Below, piece by piece: positions 34,989-45,688 of a DNA stretch of 64,000 nt. The notes under the pieces were generated by a model. That model was given only the letters and a program-made list of their open reading frames with translations. It was not told where the DNA came from and made no database searches. Made by a program: the position numbers and the translations under genes. Where the stretch lies: assembly GCA_045545475.1 (NCBI GenBank), contig JAZQAZ010000020.1:81618-145617 (forward strand), given 5' to 3'. The first letter of the stretch is position 1; each line of letters starts with the position of its first letter. The stretch comes from Clostridia bacterium. GTDB lineage: Bacteria; Bacillota; Clostridia; CAKSNL01; HGM11501.

Positions 34989-37595
34989 ATGATCGAGGAC
35001 AGAAGCAAATTATCTGCTATGATGAGGCAGTATCTTGCTACAAAGGACGAATATCCCGATGCGATACTTATGTACCGTGTGGGTGACTTTTATGAAATGT
35101 TTTTTGACGATGCAAAAACCGCATCCGCAGCACTTGACCTGGTTTTAACAGGAAAGGACTGCGGCCTTAGTGAGCGTGCACCCATGTGCGGTGTGCCCTT
35201 TCATGCGGCTGATAACTATATAGCACGTCTTGTTTCAAAGGGCTTCAAGGTTGCTATCTGTGAGCAGGTTGAAGACCCGAAAGAGGCAAAAGGACTTGTT
35301 AAGCGTGACGTAATAAGGGTGGTAACACCGGGAACCATAACAGACGAAGCAGTTTTAGATTCCCGACCAACAAACTATATGTGTGCCATAAATAAGTCGG
35401 AGGAGGTAACGGCTCTTGCCATTGCCGATGTTTCAACCGGTGAGGTTTTGGTAACGGAATTTACAAAGGACGAATTTAATTCCGAGCTTATAAGCGAACT
35501 TGACCGTTTTTCACCTGTTGAAATATTGCTGGGACAGGGTGCAGTTTCCGATTCGGAATTAGTTTCCTACATAAACGATAAGACAAAGGCACTTTGCTTC
35601 TCCTGCGACGAAAGCTATTTCGACTACGACAACGCCCTTGCAATAATCGGTGAGCAGTTCGGAAAAGAAGGGGACAAGCTTAAGGGTAAAAAGGAACTTT
35701 CCGGTGCTCTTTCTGCACTTTTATCCTACATTATGGAAACCCAGAAGGTTGAACTTTCCCATATGAAAGAAATTGAATTTTTCACCACCAACCGCTATAT
35801 GGAAGTGGGAAGTGTGGCTCAGAAAAATTTAGAGCTGGTTGAAAATATGCAGGATAAGACAAAGCGTGGCACTCTTTTAAGCATCCTTGATAAAACCTGC
35901 ACAACAATGGGAAGAAGAACCGTTAAAAGCTGGATTTTAAGGCCACTCATTGATACAGTGAAAATTAAAAACAGACTTGATGCCGTTGGTGAAGCATCTG
36001 AAAAGCTTCAGGCAAGAACCAACCTTCGTGATTTAATGGCATCGGTAAACGATATTGAAAGAATTGTAAGCCGTGTTTCCCTTGGGACGGTTAACCCAAG
36101 AGACTTGGTTGCACTTAAAACATCCCTTATGATGCTTCCTGCCATAAAGGAAGAAAGCGGAAAATTTACTTCCGACTTTATGAAAAAACAGTGCGGTGAC
36201 ATAGAAATATTAAATGATTTGACTATGCTCATCGATATGGCGATAGTTGATAAGGACACACCCATAACCGTAAGAGAAGGAAAAATCATAAAGGAAGGCT
36301 TTTCCGAGGAAATAGACTACTTGAATAAGCTTATGTCTGACAGCAAGGGAATCATTGCAGGCATCGAGGCAAGGGAAAGGGAAAGAACGGGAATTCCCAA
36401 GCTTAAGGTGGGCTATAACAAGGTGTTCGGATACTACATCGAGGTTTCAAATGTACATAAGGACAAGGTACCGGAAGACTATATAAGAAAGCAGACTCTT
36501 ACAAACGGAGAAAGATACATAACAGAAGAGCTTAAAGAGGTTGAAAAGGACGTTTTAAGTGCTTCTGAAAAGGTTATCCGCCTTGAATACGAGGCATTTA
36601 TGAAGGTGGTTTCAGCCGTAAAGGAAAAAATCGGAAGCATACAGAAAATCTCCCATGCCATCGGTGTAATGGACGTTATATGCTCCTTTGCTCATGTGGC
36701 TGTGAAAAATTCCTACTGTATGCCGATAGTTGATACATCGGACAATCTTGAAATCAAGGACGGTCGCCATCCCGTGGTTGAGCAGATAAACGAAAAAGAG
36801 CTTTTTGTTCCCAATGATACAAACCTTTCGGGCAAGGGCGACTCAATGGCGATAATCACAGGTCCTAATATGGCGGGTAAATCCACATATATGCGTCAGG
36901 TTGCCTTAATCTCTCTTATGGCACAGATTGGTTCATTTGTTCCTGCAAGCTTCTGCCACGTCGGCGTGGTTGACAAGATATTCACCCGTGTTGGTGCGTC
37001 CGACGATTTATCCTCGGGCAGAAGTACATATATGGTTGAAATGAGCGAGGTAGCGGAAATCGTAAACAATGCAACTAAAAAGAGCCTTATTATCTTAGAT
37101 GAAATAGGAAGAGGTACAAGCACCTTTGACGGACTTTCCATGGCGTGGTCAATTGTTGAATACTGTGCGGAAAAAATAAAGGCGAGAACACTTTTCGCCA
37201 CCCACTATCACGAGCTTACGGAGCTTGAAAGCACGCTCCCCGGCGTTAAGAATTACTGCATTGCAGTTAAAAAGAGGGGCGACGACATAATTTTCCTCCG
37301 CAAGATAATAAGAGGCGGAGCGGACGAAAGCTACGGTATAGAGGTTGCCCGTCTTGCAGGCATAAAGGACAGTATAATAAAGCGTGCCAAGGAAATTCTT
37401 GCCAAGGTGGAAAACGAAAACCCCAGAGAAAGAAAGACGGCTATAAGGGCGGAAGCGGACACTCAGCTTGATATGTCGGGAATGGTTAAGGATACCATCG
37501 TTGACCGCCTTCGTATGATTGACATAACAACAATTTCGCCCTTGGAGGCACTTAACATATTAAACGAACTTAAAAACAAGGCTGACGAAGCATAA
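34989..37595 (+). CDS. mutS: DNA mismatch repair protein MutS
   Basis: GDFYEMF, PMCGVPFH, ITGPNMAGKSTYMRQ, ILDEIGRGTSTFDG, FATHYHEL, SYGIEVARLAG. Confidence 0.99.
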   Translation: MIEDRSKLSAMMRQYLATKDEYPDAILMYRVGDFYEMFFDDAKTASAALDLVLTGKDCGLSERAPMCGVPFHAADNYIARLVSKGFKVAICEQVEDPKEAKGLVKRDVIRVVTPGTITDEAVLDSRPTNYMCAINKSEEVTALAIADVSTGEVLVTEFTKDEFNSELISELDRFSPVEILLGQGAVSDSELVSYINDKTKALCFSCDESYFDYDNALAIIGEQFGKEGDKLKGKKELSGALSALLSYIMETQKVELSHMKEIEFFTTNRYMEVGSVAQKNLELVENMQDKTKRGTLLSILDKTCTTMGRRTVKSWILRPLIDTVKIKNRLDAVGEASEKLQARTNLRDLMASVNDIERIVSRVSLGTVNPRDLVALKTSLMMLPAIKEESGKFTSDFMKKQCGDIEILNDLTMLIDMAIVDKDTPITVREGKIIKEGFSEEIDYLNKLMSDSKGIIAGIEARERERTGIPKLKVGYNKVFGYYIEVSNVHKDKVPEDYIRKQTLTNGERYITEELKEVEKDVLSASEKVIRLEYEAFMKVVSAVKEKIGSIQKISHAIGVMDVICSFAHVAVKNSYCMPIVDTSDNLEIKDGRHPVVEQINEKELFVPNDTNLSGKGDSMAIITGPNMAGKSTYMRQVALISLMAQIGSFVPASFCHVGVVDKIFTRVGASDDLSSGRSTYMVEMSEVAEIVNNATKKSLIILDEIGRGTSTFDGLSMAWSIVEYCAEKIKARTLFATHYHELTELESTLPGVKNYCIAVKKRGDDIIFLRKIIRGGADESYGIEVARLAGIKDSIIKRAKEILAKVENENPRERKTAIRAEADTQLDMSGMVKDTIVDRLRMIDITTISPLEALNILNELKNKADEA

Positions 37596-37619
37596 TTTTT
37601 CGGAAAGGATGGATTTTTC

Positions 37620-39503
37620 ATGGGAAAAATTCATGTACTTGATAAATCGGTATCCAATAAAATTGCGGCAGGCGAGGTGGTTTCCCGCCCTGCATCGGCC
37701 GTGAAGGAATTAATCGAAAACTCCCTTGATGCCGGAGCAAAATCCATTACCGTTGAAATCAAAAACGGCGGTATCGGATATATAAGGGTTACGGATGACG
37801 GCTCGGGAATTGAAGAGGACGATATTTTAACGGCCTTTTTGCCCCATGCCACAAGCAAAATCCATACGGCGGAGGATCTTTATGCCATCGGCACCTACGG
37901 ATTTAGAGGAGAGGCACTTGCATCGATTGCTTCTGTTTCAAAGCTTGAACTTATAACAAAAACTGCCGATGCCGAAATGGGAGTTAAAATTTTAGTTGAA
38001 GGCGGCGAATACGGCGAGAGCGAATGCGTCGGTGCAAAAAGTGGCACAACCATTACGGTAAAGGAGCTTTTTTACAACACTCCCGCAAGATTCAAATTCC
38101 TTAAAAAAGACAGTGCGGAAACCGCAGCTGTGACGGACGTGTGCCAGAAGGCGGCACTTTCCCGTCCCGATGTTTCATTTAAGTACATAGCTTCGGGAAA
38201 AGAGGTTTTCTTCACTCCCGGGGACGGTGTTCTCCTCAATGCGATTTTTGCTGTATTCGGCAAGGATTTTGCGAAAAATATGATGCCGTTGAGCTATGAA
38301 AATGAAGGCGTAAAGGTTACGGGGTACATCGGAAGTGCGGCGGTGGCCCGCCCCAACCGTAACATGCAGATTTTCTTTGTAAACGGAAGAAGTGTAGTAA
38401 GCCGCATAATGTCCTTTGCACTTTCTGAAAGCTATAAAAATCAGCTTACCGTAGGAAAGTTCCCTGCGGCGGTATTAAACGTGGAAATTGCAAATGACAA
38501 GGTGGATGTAAATGTCCATCCTTCAAAGACCGAGGTTAAGTTTATTGACGAAAAAGAAATTTACGACGGCATTTACTGGGGCTGCAAAAATACCCTTTAT
38601 GAAAAGCCCTATGTACCCTCGGTTACGGCATCCAACGAAAGAACACCGGATGTAAAAATAGCTCCCGAAAAGGTGGAAACGGTTAAAGAACGTGTGTTTA
38701 TTCCTTCGGTTAAAACGGAAACACCCTTTAAGCCGATGATAAAAGAAGAGGCGAAGGCGGAAGAAAAGAAGACAGGCGGCTTTACAAAAATAGAGCCCGT
38801 AAAAGCAATGGATGAAAAAATAACCCACGCGGCGGAGCCTTCCGTTAAATATGACCTTACGCCAAAGGCGGAGATAAAGGACGAAAAAACTAAAGAGGAA
38901 ATTCAGCAGGAAATGGAAATCCCGAAGGAAGCTGAAGTAAGGGTAATCGGTCAGGTATTTGAAACCTATATACTTGCAGAGTCCGAAGGAGAAATGTTGA
39001 TAATTGACCAGCACGCTGCCCATGAAAGGCTGAATTATGAGGAACTTAAGAAAAGAAGGGATAAAAACGAAGCAGAAAGTCAGATGCTTATGATTCCCGA
39101 AATGGTTTCCTTGAGTCCTTCGGAGATGGCTCTGTGGGAAGATAATAAAGAATTTTTCGAATCCATTGGCTTTGAAACTGAAGCCATGGGCGAAAAGGAT
39201 ATAATGGTAAGATGTGTTCCCACGGGAACAGAGGACGGAGACATAAAGGATACAGTAATTGAAATGCTTGATATCCTTTCTGATTCAAAGCACGATAAAA
39301 GAACGTTTTTAGAGGAGCGGGCAATGTATTCCGTTTCCTGTAAATCAGCCATAAAGGCAAATAAAAGCTTAAGCTTGCAGGAACAAAAAGACTTGGTTGT
39401 GAGAGTGTTGGCACTTCCCGGTATCAACACCTGCCCTCACGGAAGACCTCTTTGCATCAAGCTTACAAAGGATAAAATAGAAAAGGAATTTAAACGTATA
39501 TGA
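37620..39503 (+). CDS. mutL: DNA mismatch repair endonuclease MutL
   Basis: KIAAGEVV, KELIENSLDAG, GFRGEALASI, DVNVHPSK, DQHAAHER, CPHGRP. Confidence 0.99.
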   Translation: MGKIHVLDKSVSNKIAAGEVVSRPASAVKELIENSLDAGAKSITVEIKNGGIGYIRVTDDGSGIEEDDILTAFLPHATSKIHTAEDLYAIGTYGFRGEALASIASVSKLELITKTADAEMGVKILVEGGEYGESECVGAKSGTTITVKELFYNTPARFKFLKKDSAETAAVTDVCQKAALSRPDVSFKYIASGKEVFFTPGDGVLLNAIFAVFGKDFAKNMMPLSYENEGVKVTGYIGSAAVARPNRNMQIFFVNGRSVVSRIMSFALSESYKNQLTVGKFPAAVLNVEIANDKVDVNVHPSKTEVKFIDEKEIYDGIYWGCKNTLYEKPYVPSVTASNERTPDVKIAPEKVETVKERVFIPSVKTETPFKPMIKEEAKAEEKKTGGFTKIEPVKAMDEKITHAAEPSVKYDLTPKAEIKDEKTKEEIQQEMEIPKEAEVRVIGQVFETYILAESEGEMLIIDQHAAHERLNYEELKKRRDKNEAESQMLMIPEMVSLSPSEMALWEDNKEFFESIGFETEAMGEKDIMVRCVPTGTEDGDIKDTVIEMLDILSDSKHDKRTFLEERAMYSVSCKSAIKANKSLSLQEQKDLVVRVLALPGINTCPHGRPLCIKLTKDKIEKEFKRI

Positions 39504-40435
39504 AAATCCCTCTTATAGTGGTGGCAGGGCCGACGGCATCGGGTAAAACGGCCATGGCAATTCACCTTGCGGAAAAATTCGGAGGAGAAATTGTATCTGC
39601 CGATTCCATGCAGATTTATAAAAAACTCAATATCGGAACGGCAAAACCCACCAAAGAGGAACTAAAAAAAGCTCCTCATCATTTGATTGACATTCTGGAT
39701 ATCAACGAGAGTTTTTCGGTGGTGGATTACTGCGAAAAGGCTCACAGCGTAATTTCAGACATACATGAAAGAGGACATCTTCCCATAGTTGCGGGCGGAA
39801 CAGGGCTTTATATAGATTCTTTAGTAAATGATGAAGACTTTTCAAATGCAGGAGAAGATAAAGATCTAAGGGAAAGCCTTACATCCATTGCGGAAAAAGA
39901 GGGTAACGAAGCGGTTTATGAAATTCTAAAGGAGCTTGATCCCGTCGCGGCAAATAGTCTTCATCCAAACAATTTAAAGAGAGTAATAAGAGCAATCGAA
40001 ATAATAAAAACCACAGGGAAAAGTCTGGAGGAGTCAATAAAGAGGGAAAAGGCAGAATCCAGATACGACGTCTTATATCTGGTGCTTTCCCACGACCGTG
40101 GAATTTTATATGACCGTATAGAAAAAAGAGTTGATATCATGATGGAAGAAGGGCTTTTAGATGAAGCCAAGTGGCTTTTTGAAAATATTGATAACAAAGA
40201 TGCAACATGCCTTCAGGCCATAGGATACAAAGAATTTAAGGGGTATTTTGACGGTAAAATAAATGTTTCAGAAGCAGTGGAAGAACTGAAAAAAGATACC
40301 AGGCACTACGCAAAAAGGCAGATGACCTGGTTTAGAAGAAATAAGGATGCTAGAATAATAAACTGCGGGGATAACCCTTTTAATCAGGCGGAAGATTTAG
40401 TTGCAAAATTTCTGTCAGAGAGGACTAATGTATGA
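39500..40435 (+). CDS. miaA: tRNA dimethylallyltransferase
   Basis: GPTASGKT, SADSMQIYK, IGTAKP, GGTGLY, QAIGYKE, YAKRQMTWFR. Confidence 0.98.
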   Translation: MKIPLIVVAGPTASGKTAMAIHLAEKFGGEIVSADSMQIYKKLNIGTAKPTKEELKKAPHHLIDILDINESFSVVDYCEKAHSVISDIHERGHLPIVAGGTGLYIDSLVNDEDFSNAGEDKDLRESLTSIAEKEGNEAVYEILKELDPVAANSLHPNNLKRVIRAIEIIKTTGKSLEESIKREKAESRYDVLYLVLSHDRGILYDRIEKRVDIMMEEGLLDEAKWLFENIDNKDATCLQAIGYKEFKGYFDGKINVSEAVEELKKDTRHYAKRQMTWFRRNKDARIINCGDNPFNQAEDLVAKFLSERTNV

Positions 40436-41601
40436 AAAGAAAAGTTTTATTTAGTGTGATTATAATGATTCTGGTAACAGCGATTTTCGCAGGTACCTAT
40501 CTTTATATCAATCTCGGCTCGGATAAATATGTAACTGTGACTGTGCATACACTCACCGATTCTGAAACAGTTACGGGATATATCGTAAAAAATGAATCGG
40601 TAATCAATTTGTCCGGCGGAAACTTCGTACGCTTTTATTGCGAAGACGGAGAAAAGGTTTCGGCTAAAAGTTATGTGGCATCTGTATATGATAAAGAGTC
40701 TGACGGAAACATTTTATCAGAGATTGATGCGATTGATGAAAAGCTGAAAAATCTGAGCGACGAATATGTGAGCCTTACAATTAACGACATCCTGAAAATT
40801 GAATCGTTAATTGATACGGATATAGATAAATACTTCGATTCAGTGTACAGCGGAAATGCTGCAGATGCGGCACTTGCCACGGGAAGGCTTACCGGACTTT
40901 TCAATATAAAACATTCGGGAAAAAGCAGCAGCGAAAACGAGGAAAAGGAATTGCTTAAGGAGCGAACTGCACTTGAGGCCAGACTTTCTTCTGCGAAATA
41001 TGATATAAAAACTCCCATGGGAGGTATATTTACAAGTCAGACCGACGGATTTGAAGGCGTAACCGATTTTGAAAAGGCTACACGAATTACAGTGGGAGAG
41101 TTTGACGAGCTTATGGAACTTAAGCCTGAAAAGAAAGACAACGAATGTAAGGTTGTTGACAATTATAAATGGCTTTTTATGTGTAAGGTTCCTTCCGACT
41201 ATGCTGCAGTATCTGCTGTTTCTAAAAAGGTTGAGATAATAACTGATAAAGGTGAAAATATATCGGGGACCATAGAATACATTTCCCAGCCTGAAGAGGG
41301 AGAATGCGTCATGACAATTTCCTCTGACAGGGATTTTTCGGGAATAGGCAAAAGCAGAAAGATAGAAGCAACGGTTACGTTTAATAAGTATACAGGTTAT
41401 GTGATTCCTACAGAAGCATTTCATATGTATGAAAATAAATACGGAGTATTCGTAGAGTCGGGAAACAAACTTAACTTCAAGGAAACAGAAGTAATTTACT
41501 CCGATGATGAATTCACCGTTGTTGCAACATCCGGAAGAACAGAACTTAAGCTTTACGACAACGTTTTGGTGGAGGGTGATTTAAGTGAACTCTATGATTG
41601 A
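40432..41601 (+). CDS. Membrane-anchored HlyD/membrane-fusion-like protein of unknown function
   Basis: N-terminal TM segment, DGEKVS lipoyl-like half, coiled coil, TPMGGIF..DGFE, KVVDNYKW, GYVIP. Confidence 0.65.
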   Translation: MKRKVLFSVIIMILVTAIFAGTYLYINLGSDKYVTVTVHTLTDSETVTGYIVKNESVINLSGGNFVRFYCEDGEKVSAKSYVASVYDKESDGNILSEIDAIDEKLKNLSDEYVSLTINDILKIESLIDTDIDKYFDSVYSGNAADAALATGRLTGLFNIKHSGKSSSENEEKELLKERTALEARLSSAKYDIKTPMGGIFTSQTDGFEGVTDFEKATRITVGEFDELMELKPEKKDNECKVVDNYKWLFMCKVPSDYAAVSAVSKKVEIITDKGENISGTIEYISQPEEGECVMTISSDRDFSGIGKSRKIEATVTFNKYTGYVIPTEAFHMYENKYGVFVESGNKLNFKETEVIYSDDEFTVVATSGRTELKLYDNVLVEGDLSELYD

Positions 41602-42280
41602 GGAAAACATTAAAACGATAAAAGAAAAAATAGCAGAAGCGGCACTGCGTGCAGGAAGAAATCCTCTTGACGTTAATCTTATGGCGGTATCGAAGACTAA
41701 ACCTTTGGAGGAAGCTGTTCTTGCGGCTTCCTGCGGAGTTTTACTTGGTGAAAACTATGTGCAGGAGTTTAAGGATAAGTTTGACATAAGACCTGATTTG
41801 CCCTGGCATTTCATAGGCCATCTGCAAAAAAACAAGGTAAAATATGTGGTACCGAGAGCATTGATGATCCATTCTGTGGACAGCTTTGAACTGGCAGAAA
41901 AAATAAGTATCGAAGCAGTAAAGAAAGAAAAAGAGGTATCTTGTCTTTTGGAAATTAATTCCGGGGATGAGGAGAACAAATTTGGTTTGACAATTGGAGA
42001 TTCAGCATATATAATAGAAATGATAAAGAAAATCATGGAACTTCCGAATATTAAAGTGCGTGGACTTATGACGGTTGCTCCTTTCGTTGAAAACGGAGAG
42101 GAAAACAGGGAAATATTCAAAAGAATGAAGAACTGTTTTGACGAGGTAAGGTCTGTTTGCAAAACGGCTGACACGTTATCTATGGGAATGAGCGGAGATT
42201 TTGAAGTGGCGGCTGAAGAAGGGGCCACAATCGTAAGGGTAGGCACCAAGATATTCGGAGAAAGAAATTATAATAAATAG
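41585..42280 (+). CDS. yggS: PLP homeostasis protein (YggS/YlmE)
   Basis: MAVSKTK, GENYVQE, WHFIGHLQKNK, IHSVDS, GLMTVAP, LSMGMSGDFE, VRVGTKIFGER. Confidence 0.96.
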   Translation: MNSMIEENIKTIKEKIAEAALRAGRNPLDVNLMAVSKTKPLEEAVLAASCGVLLGENYVQEFKDKFDIRPDLPWHFIGHLQKNKVKYVVPRALMIHSVDSFELAEKISIEAVKKEKEVSCLLEINSGDEENKFGLTIGDSAYIIEMIKKIMELPNIKVRGLMTVAPFVENGEENREIFKRMKNCFDEVRSVCKTADTLSMGMSGDFEVAAEEGATIVRVGTKIFGERNYNK

Positions 42281-42294
42281 AAGGGAAGATTGTT

Positions 42295-42774
42295 ATGGGA
42301 ATACTTAATAAAATAGGAGATATGATATTCGGGCCTGAAGAATATGATACTGAGTCTGAAGTTGAAGAGGTTGCCGAAATAAAAGAGGAGAGAAGAGAAA
42401 GCTCATCACGCCGTGAAGATACAAAACGTGATGAAGACAGAGATGTTTTCAGAAGCAGAAAGAGCAAGGTTGTAAATATTACATCCACAACACAGTTTAA
42501 GGTTGTGGTAGTACAGCCTGAAACCTTTGAAGAAGCAAGAGAAATTGCTGAAAATTTAAAGTCTAATAAACCTGTAATCGTAAATCTTGAAAAGCTTGAA
42601 AAAGAACAGGCAAGACGCATGGTGGACTTTGTGTCCGGTGCATCATATGCTTTGGGCGGCGATATTCAGAAAATATCAAATATGATTTTTCTTGTGACAC
42701 CCTATAACGTTGGAATCTTGGGAGACTTTAAGGACGAGCTTAAGAATAAGGGAATCTTTCCCTGGAGTTATTGA
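42295..42774 (+). CDS. sepF: Cell division protein SepF
   Basis: PETFEEAREIAENLK..PVIVNLE..ARRMVDFVSGASYALGG..IFLVTP. Confidence 0.95.
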   Translation: MGILNKIGDMIFGPEEYDTESEVEEVAEIKEERRESSSRREDTKRDEDRDVFRSRKSKVVNITSTTQFKVVVVQPETFEEAREIAENLKSNKPVIVNLEKLEKEQARRMVDFVSGASYALGGDIQKISNMIFLVTPYNVGILGDFKDELKNKGIFPWSY

Positions 42775-43040
42775 TAATGGATTTATTGATATATTTGCTT
42801 TACCGACTTCTTGAAATATACGAATACGTATTACTTGCAAGATGCATTATGTCATTTTTCGGCTATAATAAGGTATATGAAGTTCTTTGTATGTTGACAG
42901 AACCTGTGCTAAGGCCTATAAGAGAACTTTTGAGAAAAACACCTCTTGGCAATATGCCCTTTGATTTTTCGGTGGTATTTGCCATGATTTTGATAGGAGT
43001 TGCTGAAAATTGCCTTGCATACTTAAGCAGGATATTATAA
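42771..43040 (+). CDS. ylmG: YggT/YlmG-family membrane protein
   Basis: LTEPVLRPIRELL..FDFS motif; position after sepF. Confidence 0.88.
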   Translation: MIMDLLIYLLYRLLEIYEYVLLARCIMSFFGYNKVYEVLCMLTEPVLRPIRELLRKTPLGNMPFDFSVVFAMILIGVAENCLAYLSRIL

Positions 43041-43774
43041 TCCACGGAAAAAGCGAAGAAGAAAAGCTTATGCTGGCAAAGGCTTATGATACATATACTT
43101 TTGCCGAAAAAAGAAACATTCCTTGCTTTACAGGCTTTTTATCTCCGGCAGATAAAGCTTTAGCGGAAATTGCCTTCAAGGGAGCAAATATGACCTTTTA
43201 CGGAGGTTTTTTGGAAGCTGAAAGAAGCGTGTTGGGTTTCGGAGTAGAGGATACGAGTGATTTTCCTGTATGTGTAATAAAGTCAGAGGGGGATTTTTCT
43301 TCTCTTTCCCACAGGGATTTTCTTGGTAGCCTGATGGGACTTGGGATAACCCGTGAAAATGTGGGAGATATAGTTAAAAAGGATGATTGCTGTTATATAT
43401 TTGTGCTACGGAAGATGGCAGGGTATATCAGCGAAAATTTACTGCAGGTTAAAAAAAGTAATGTCAAAAACCAGATATGCGAATGCGACTGCGTGGTAGT
43501 GGAAAAGGAATTCGAAATTGTTAAAAAGAGTGTGGCATCTTTAAGAGCGGATGCGTATATAGCTGCGGCATTCAATCTTTCCAGGGCAGACGCAGCAGAA
43601 GCTATTAAAAGAGGACTCGTGACCGTCAACTATCGTATTTTGGAATCAGCTGATAAAAAACTTTCAGAAGGAGATACAGTTTCTTTAAGGGGAAAGGGAA
43701 AGACGGTCATTGAACGGCTCGGAGACTTAAGCAAAAAAGGCAGACTGTTTATAGAAATAAAGAAATATAAGTAG
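43010..43774 (+). CDS. ylmH: YlmH-family S4-domain RNA-binding protein
   Basis: TGFLSP, FYGGFLEAER, LSHRDFLGSLMGLGITRENVGDI, VASLRAD, SLRGKGK. Start codon uncertain (TTG 43010). Confidence 0.9.
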   Translation: MPCILKQDIIIHGKSEEEKLMLAKAYDTYTFAEKRNIPCFTGFLSPADKALAEIAFKGANMTFYGGFLEAERSVLGFGVEDTSDFPVCVIKSEGDFSSLSHRDFLGSLMGLGITRENVGDIVKKDDCCYIFVLRKMAGYISENLLQVKKSNVKNQICECDCVVVEKEFEIVKKSVASLRADAYIAAAFNLSRADAAEAIKRGLVTVNYRILESADKKLSEGDTVSLRGKGKTVIERLGDLSKKGRLFIEIKKYK

Positions 43775-43787
43775 GAGGGATAGTTTT

Positions 43788-44231
43788 ATGTATTCACCTT
43801 TGGAACTTGAACAGATAGAATTCGAGAAAAAGACTTTCGGAGGATACAATGTTGAGGAAGTAGATGCTGTTTTTGAAGATCTTAAAAAGGATTACGGAAC
43901 GCTTTACATAGAAAATGCGGATATGAAAAAGAGAATAAGAGAACTGGAAGCGAAATTGTCCGAAAGTGATGAAATGACAGAAACATTAAAGACAGTTTTG
44001 GTATCGGCTCAGAAAACCGGAGAAGAAATCCGTGAGAATGCACAGGTTGAAGCTGACCTTATAAAGAAGAGTGCTGAGGCAGAGGCGAAAGAAATACTTC
44101 GCAAAGCTGAATTTGAACTTGAAGCTATCAATCGTAAAAAAGAAGAAATCAAAAGTGAAGTTGATGTATTTATCACAAAAATGAGTGCACTTTTTGAAGC
44201 ACAGATAAAATACCTTAATAAGACAGAATAA
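43788..44231 (+). CDS. divIVA: DivIVA-domain cell division protein
   Basis: YSPLELEQIEFEKKTFGGYNVEEVD followed by coiled coils; position after ylmH. Confidence 0.9.
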   Translation: MYSPLELEQIEFEKKTFGGYNVEEVDAVFEDLKKDYGTLYIENADMKKRIRELEAKLSESDEMTETLKTVLVSAQKTGEEIRENAQVEADLIKKSAEAEAKEILRKAEFELEAINRKKEEIKSEVDVFITKMSALFEAQIKYLNKTE

Positions 44232-44283
44232 AAGAGCGGCAGAATCCGGAAAACGGATTCTGTTATCATTTTCGGAAAGGACG

Positions 44284-44784
44284 ATGAAAATGTATTTATT
44301 GCCATGGGGAATTTTAAGCTTGCTGATTATTGCAATAGATGCCTTGAGCAAATATATAGTTTCTTCTAATATGAACCTTTATCAGTCCATCCCGCTGATA
44401 AAAGGTGTATTTTCCATAACATTCGTTAAAAATACGGGGGCCTCTTTCGGTGTATTTCAAGGAGGCAGATGGTTTTTTATAGCAATTACATTGCTTATGA
44501 TGGGATTTATCGTGGGCTATACTATAAAGAAGAAAGAAAAAAATAAGCTTTACCTTCTGTCGGCATCCTTTATTGTGGGCGGAGGAATAGGAAATCTTAT
44601 AGACAGAATTATCACAGGCGAAGTTGTGGACTTTTTTGATTTCTGCCTTATTAATTTTGCGATATTCAACGTGGCGGATTGTTTCATAGTGGTTGGTGTT
44701 ATCTTAATGCTGATATATTGCATACTGGAAGAAATAAAAGAAAAAAAGGCAAAAAGAGACGGTGAGACCGATGGAGACATTTGA
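44284..44784 (+). CDS. lspA: Lipoprotein signal peptidase II
   Basis: KNTGASFG, GGIGNLIDR, VVDF, IFNVAD. Confidence 0.96.
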   Translation: MKMYLLPWGILSLLIIAIDALSKYIVSSNMNLYQSIPLIKGVFSITFVKNTGASFGVFQGGRWFFIAITLLMMGFIVGYTIKKKEKNKLYLLSASFIVGGGIGNLIDRIITGEVVDFFDFCLINFAIFNVADCFIVVGVILMLIYCILEEIKEKKAKRDGETDGDI

Positions 44785-45688
44785 ATTTACAGCGGAGGAA
44801 AAAAAGAGAATAGATGTCCTGGTTTCAGAAAAATACACTTCAATATCACGTTCCTATGCAAAAAGACTTATTGAAGAAGGAAATATTTTAGTTAACGGAA
44901 ATGAAATAAAAAGTAACTATAAGACCAGAGAAGGTGACGTTATTTCTGTTACAGAGGAAGAACCTTCTCCGATTGAGGCGGAGCCTGAAGATATTCCGCT
45001 CGACATAGTTTATGAGGATAATTCCGTTTTGGTTGTAAATAAAAAGCGTGGAATGGTGGTTCATCCTGCAGTTGGAAATGAAAGAGGAACCCTTGTGAAT
45101 GCGGCTCTTTTTCATTGTATGGGAACACTGTCCGGAATAAACGGAAAATTTCGTCCGGGTATTGTTCACAGAATAGATAAAGACACAACGGGACTTTTGG
45201 TGATAGCTAAGAATGACGAGGCACATAAATGCCTTACAGAACAGCTTTCAGACCGTTCCTTATCAAGAATATACTATTGCCTTGTAAACGGTAATATTAA
45301 AGAGGATGAAGGAAAAATCGACGCTCCAATCGGGAGAAATCCTAAGGACAGAAAACAGATGGCTGTTGTTAAGGACGGAAGATATGCAGCCACTCACTTT
45401 TGGGTTGAAGAGCGTTTTTTTGGATATACACTTCTTAAATGCAAGCTTGAAACAGGAAGGACTCATCAGATAAGAGTTCATATGAAACATATAGGGCACA
45501 GCATCGTTGGGGATAAAACTTACGGAATAAAAAATGAAAAATTCACCCTTGAAGGGCAACTTCTTCATGCAGGCGGAATAATGTTCCGCCATCCGGAAAC
45601 AGGGGAGAACGCCTATTTTTCCTGTCCTATTCCCGAGGATTTTGCCCATGTGCTTGAGGTTTTGAGAAAGCAAAGCGGTGTAATATGA
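44771..45688 (+). CDS. rluD: RluA/RluD-family pseudouridine synthase
   Basis: S4 N-terminus, VNKKRGMVVHP, RPGIVHRIDKDTTGLL, LETGRTHQIRVH, QLLHA. Confidence 0.9.
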   Translation: METFEFTAEEKKRIDVLVSEKYTSISRSYAKRLIEEGNILVNGNEIKSNYKTREGDVISVTEEEPSPIEAEPEDIPLDIVYEDNSVLVVNKKRGMVVHPAVGNERGTLVNAALFHCMGTLSGINGKFRPGIVHRIDKDTTGLLVIAKNDEAHKCLTEQLSDRSLSRIYYCLVNGNIKEDEGKIDAPIGRNPKDRKQMAVVKDGRYAATHFWVEERFFGYTLLKCKLETGRTHQIRVHMKHIGHSIVGDKTYGIKNEKFTLEGQLLHAGGIMFRHPETGENAYFSCPIPEDFAHVLEVLRKQSGVI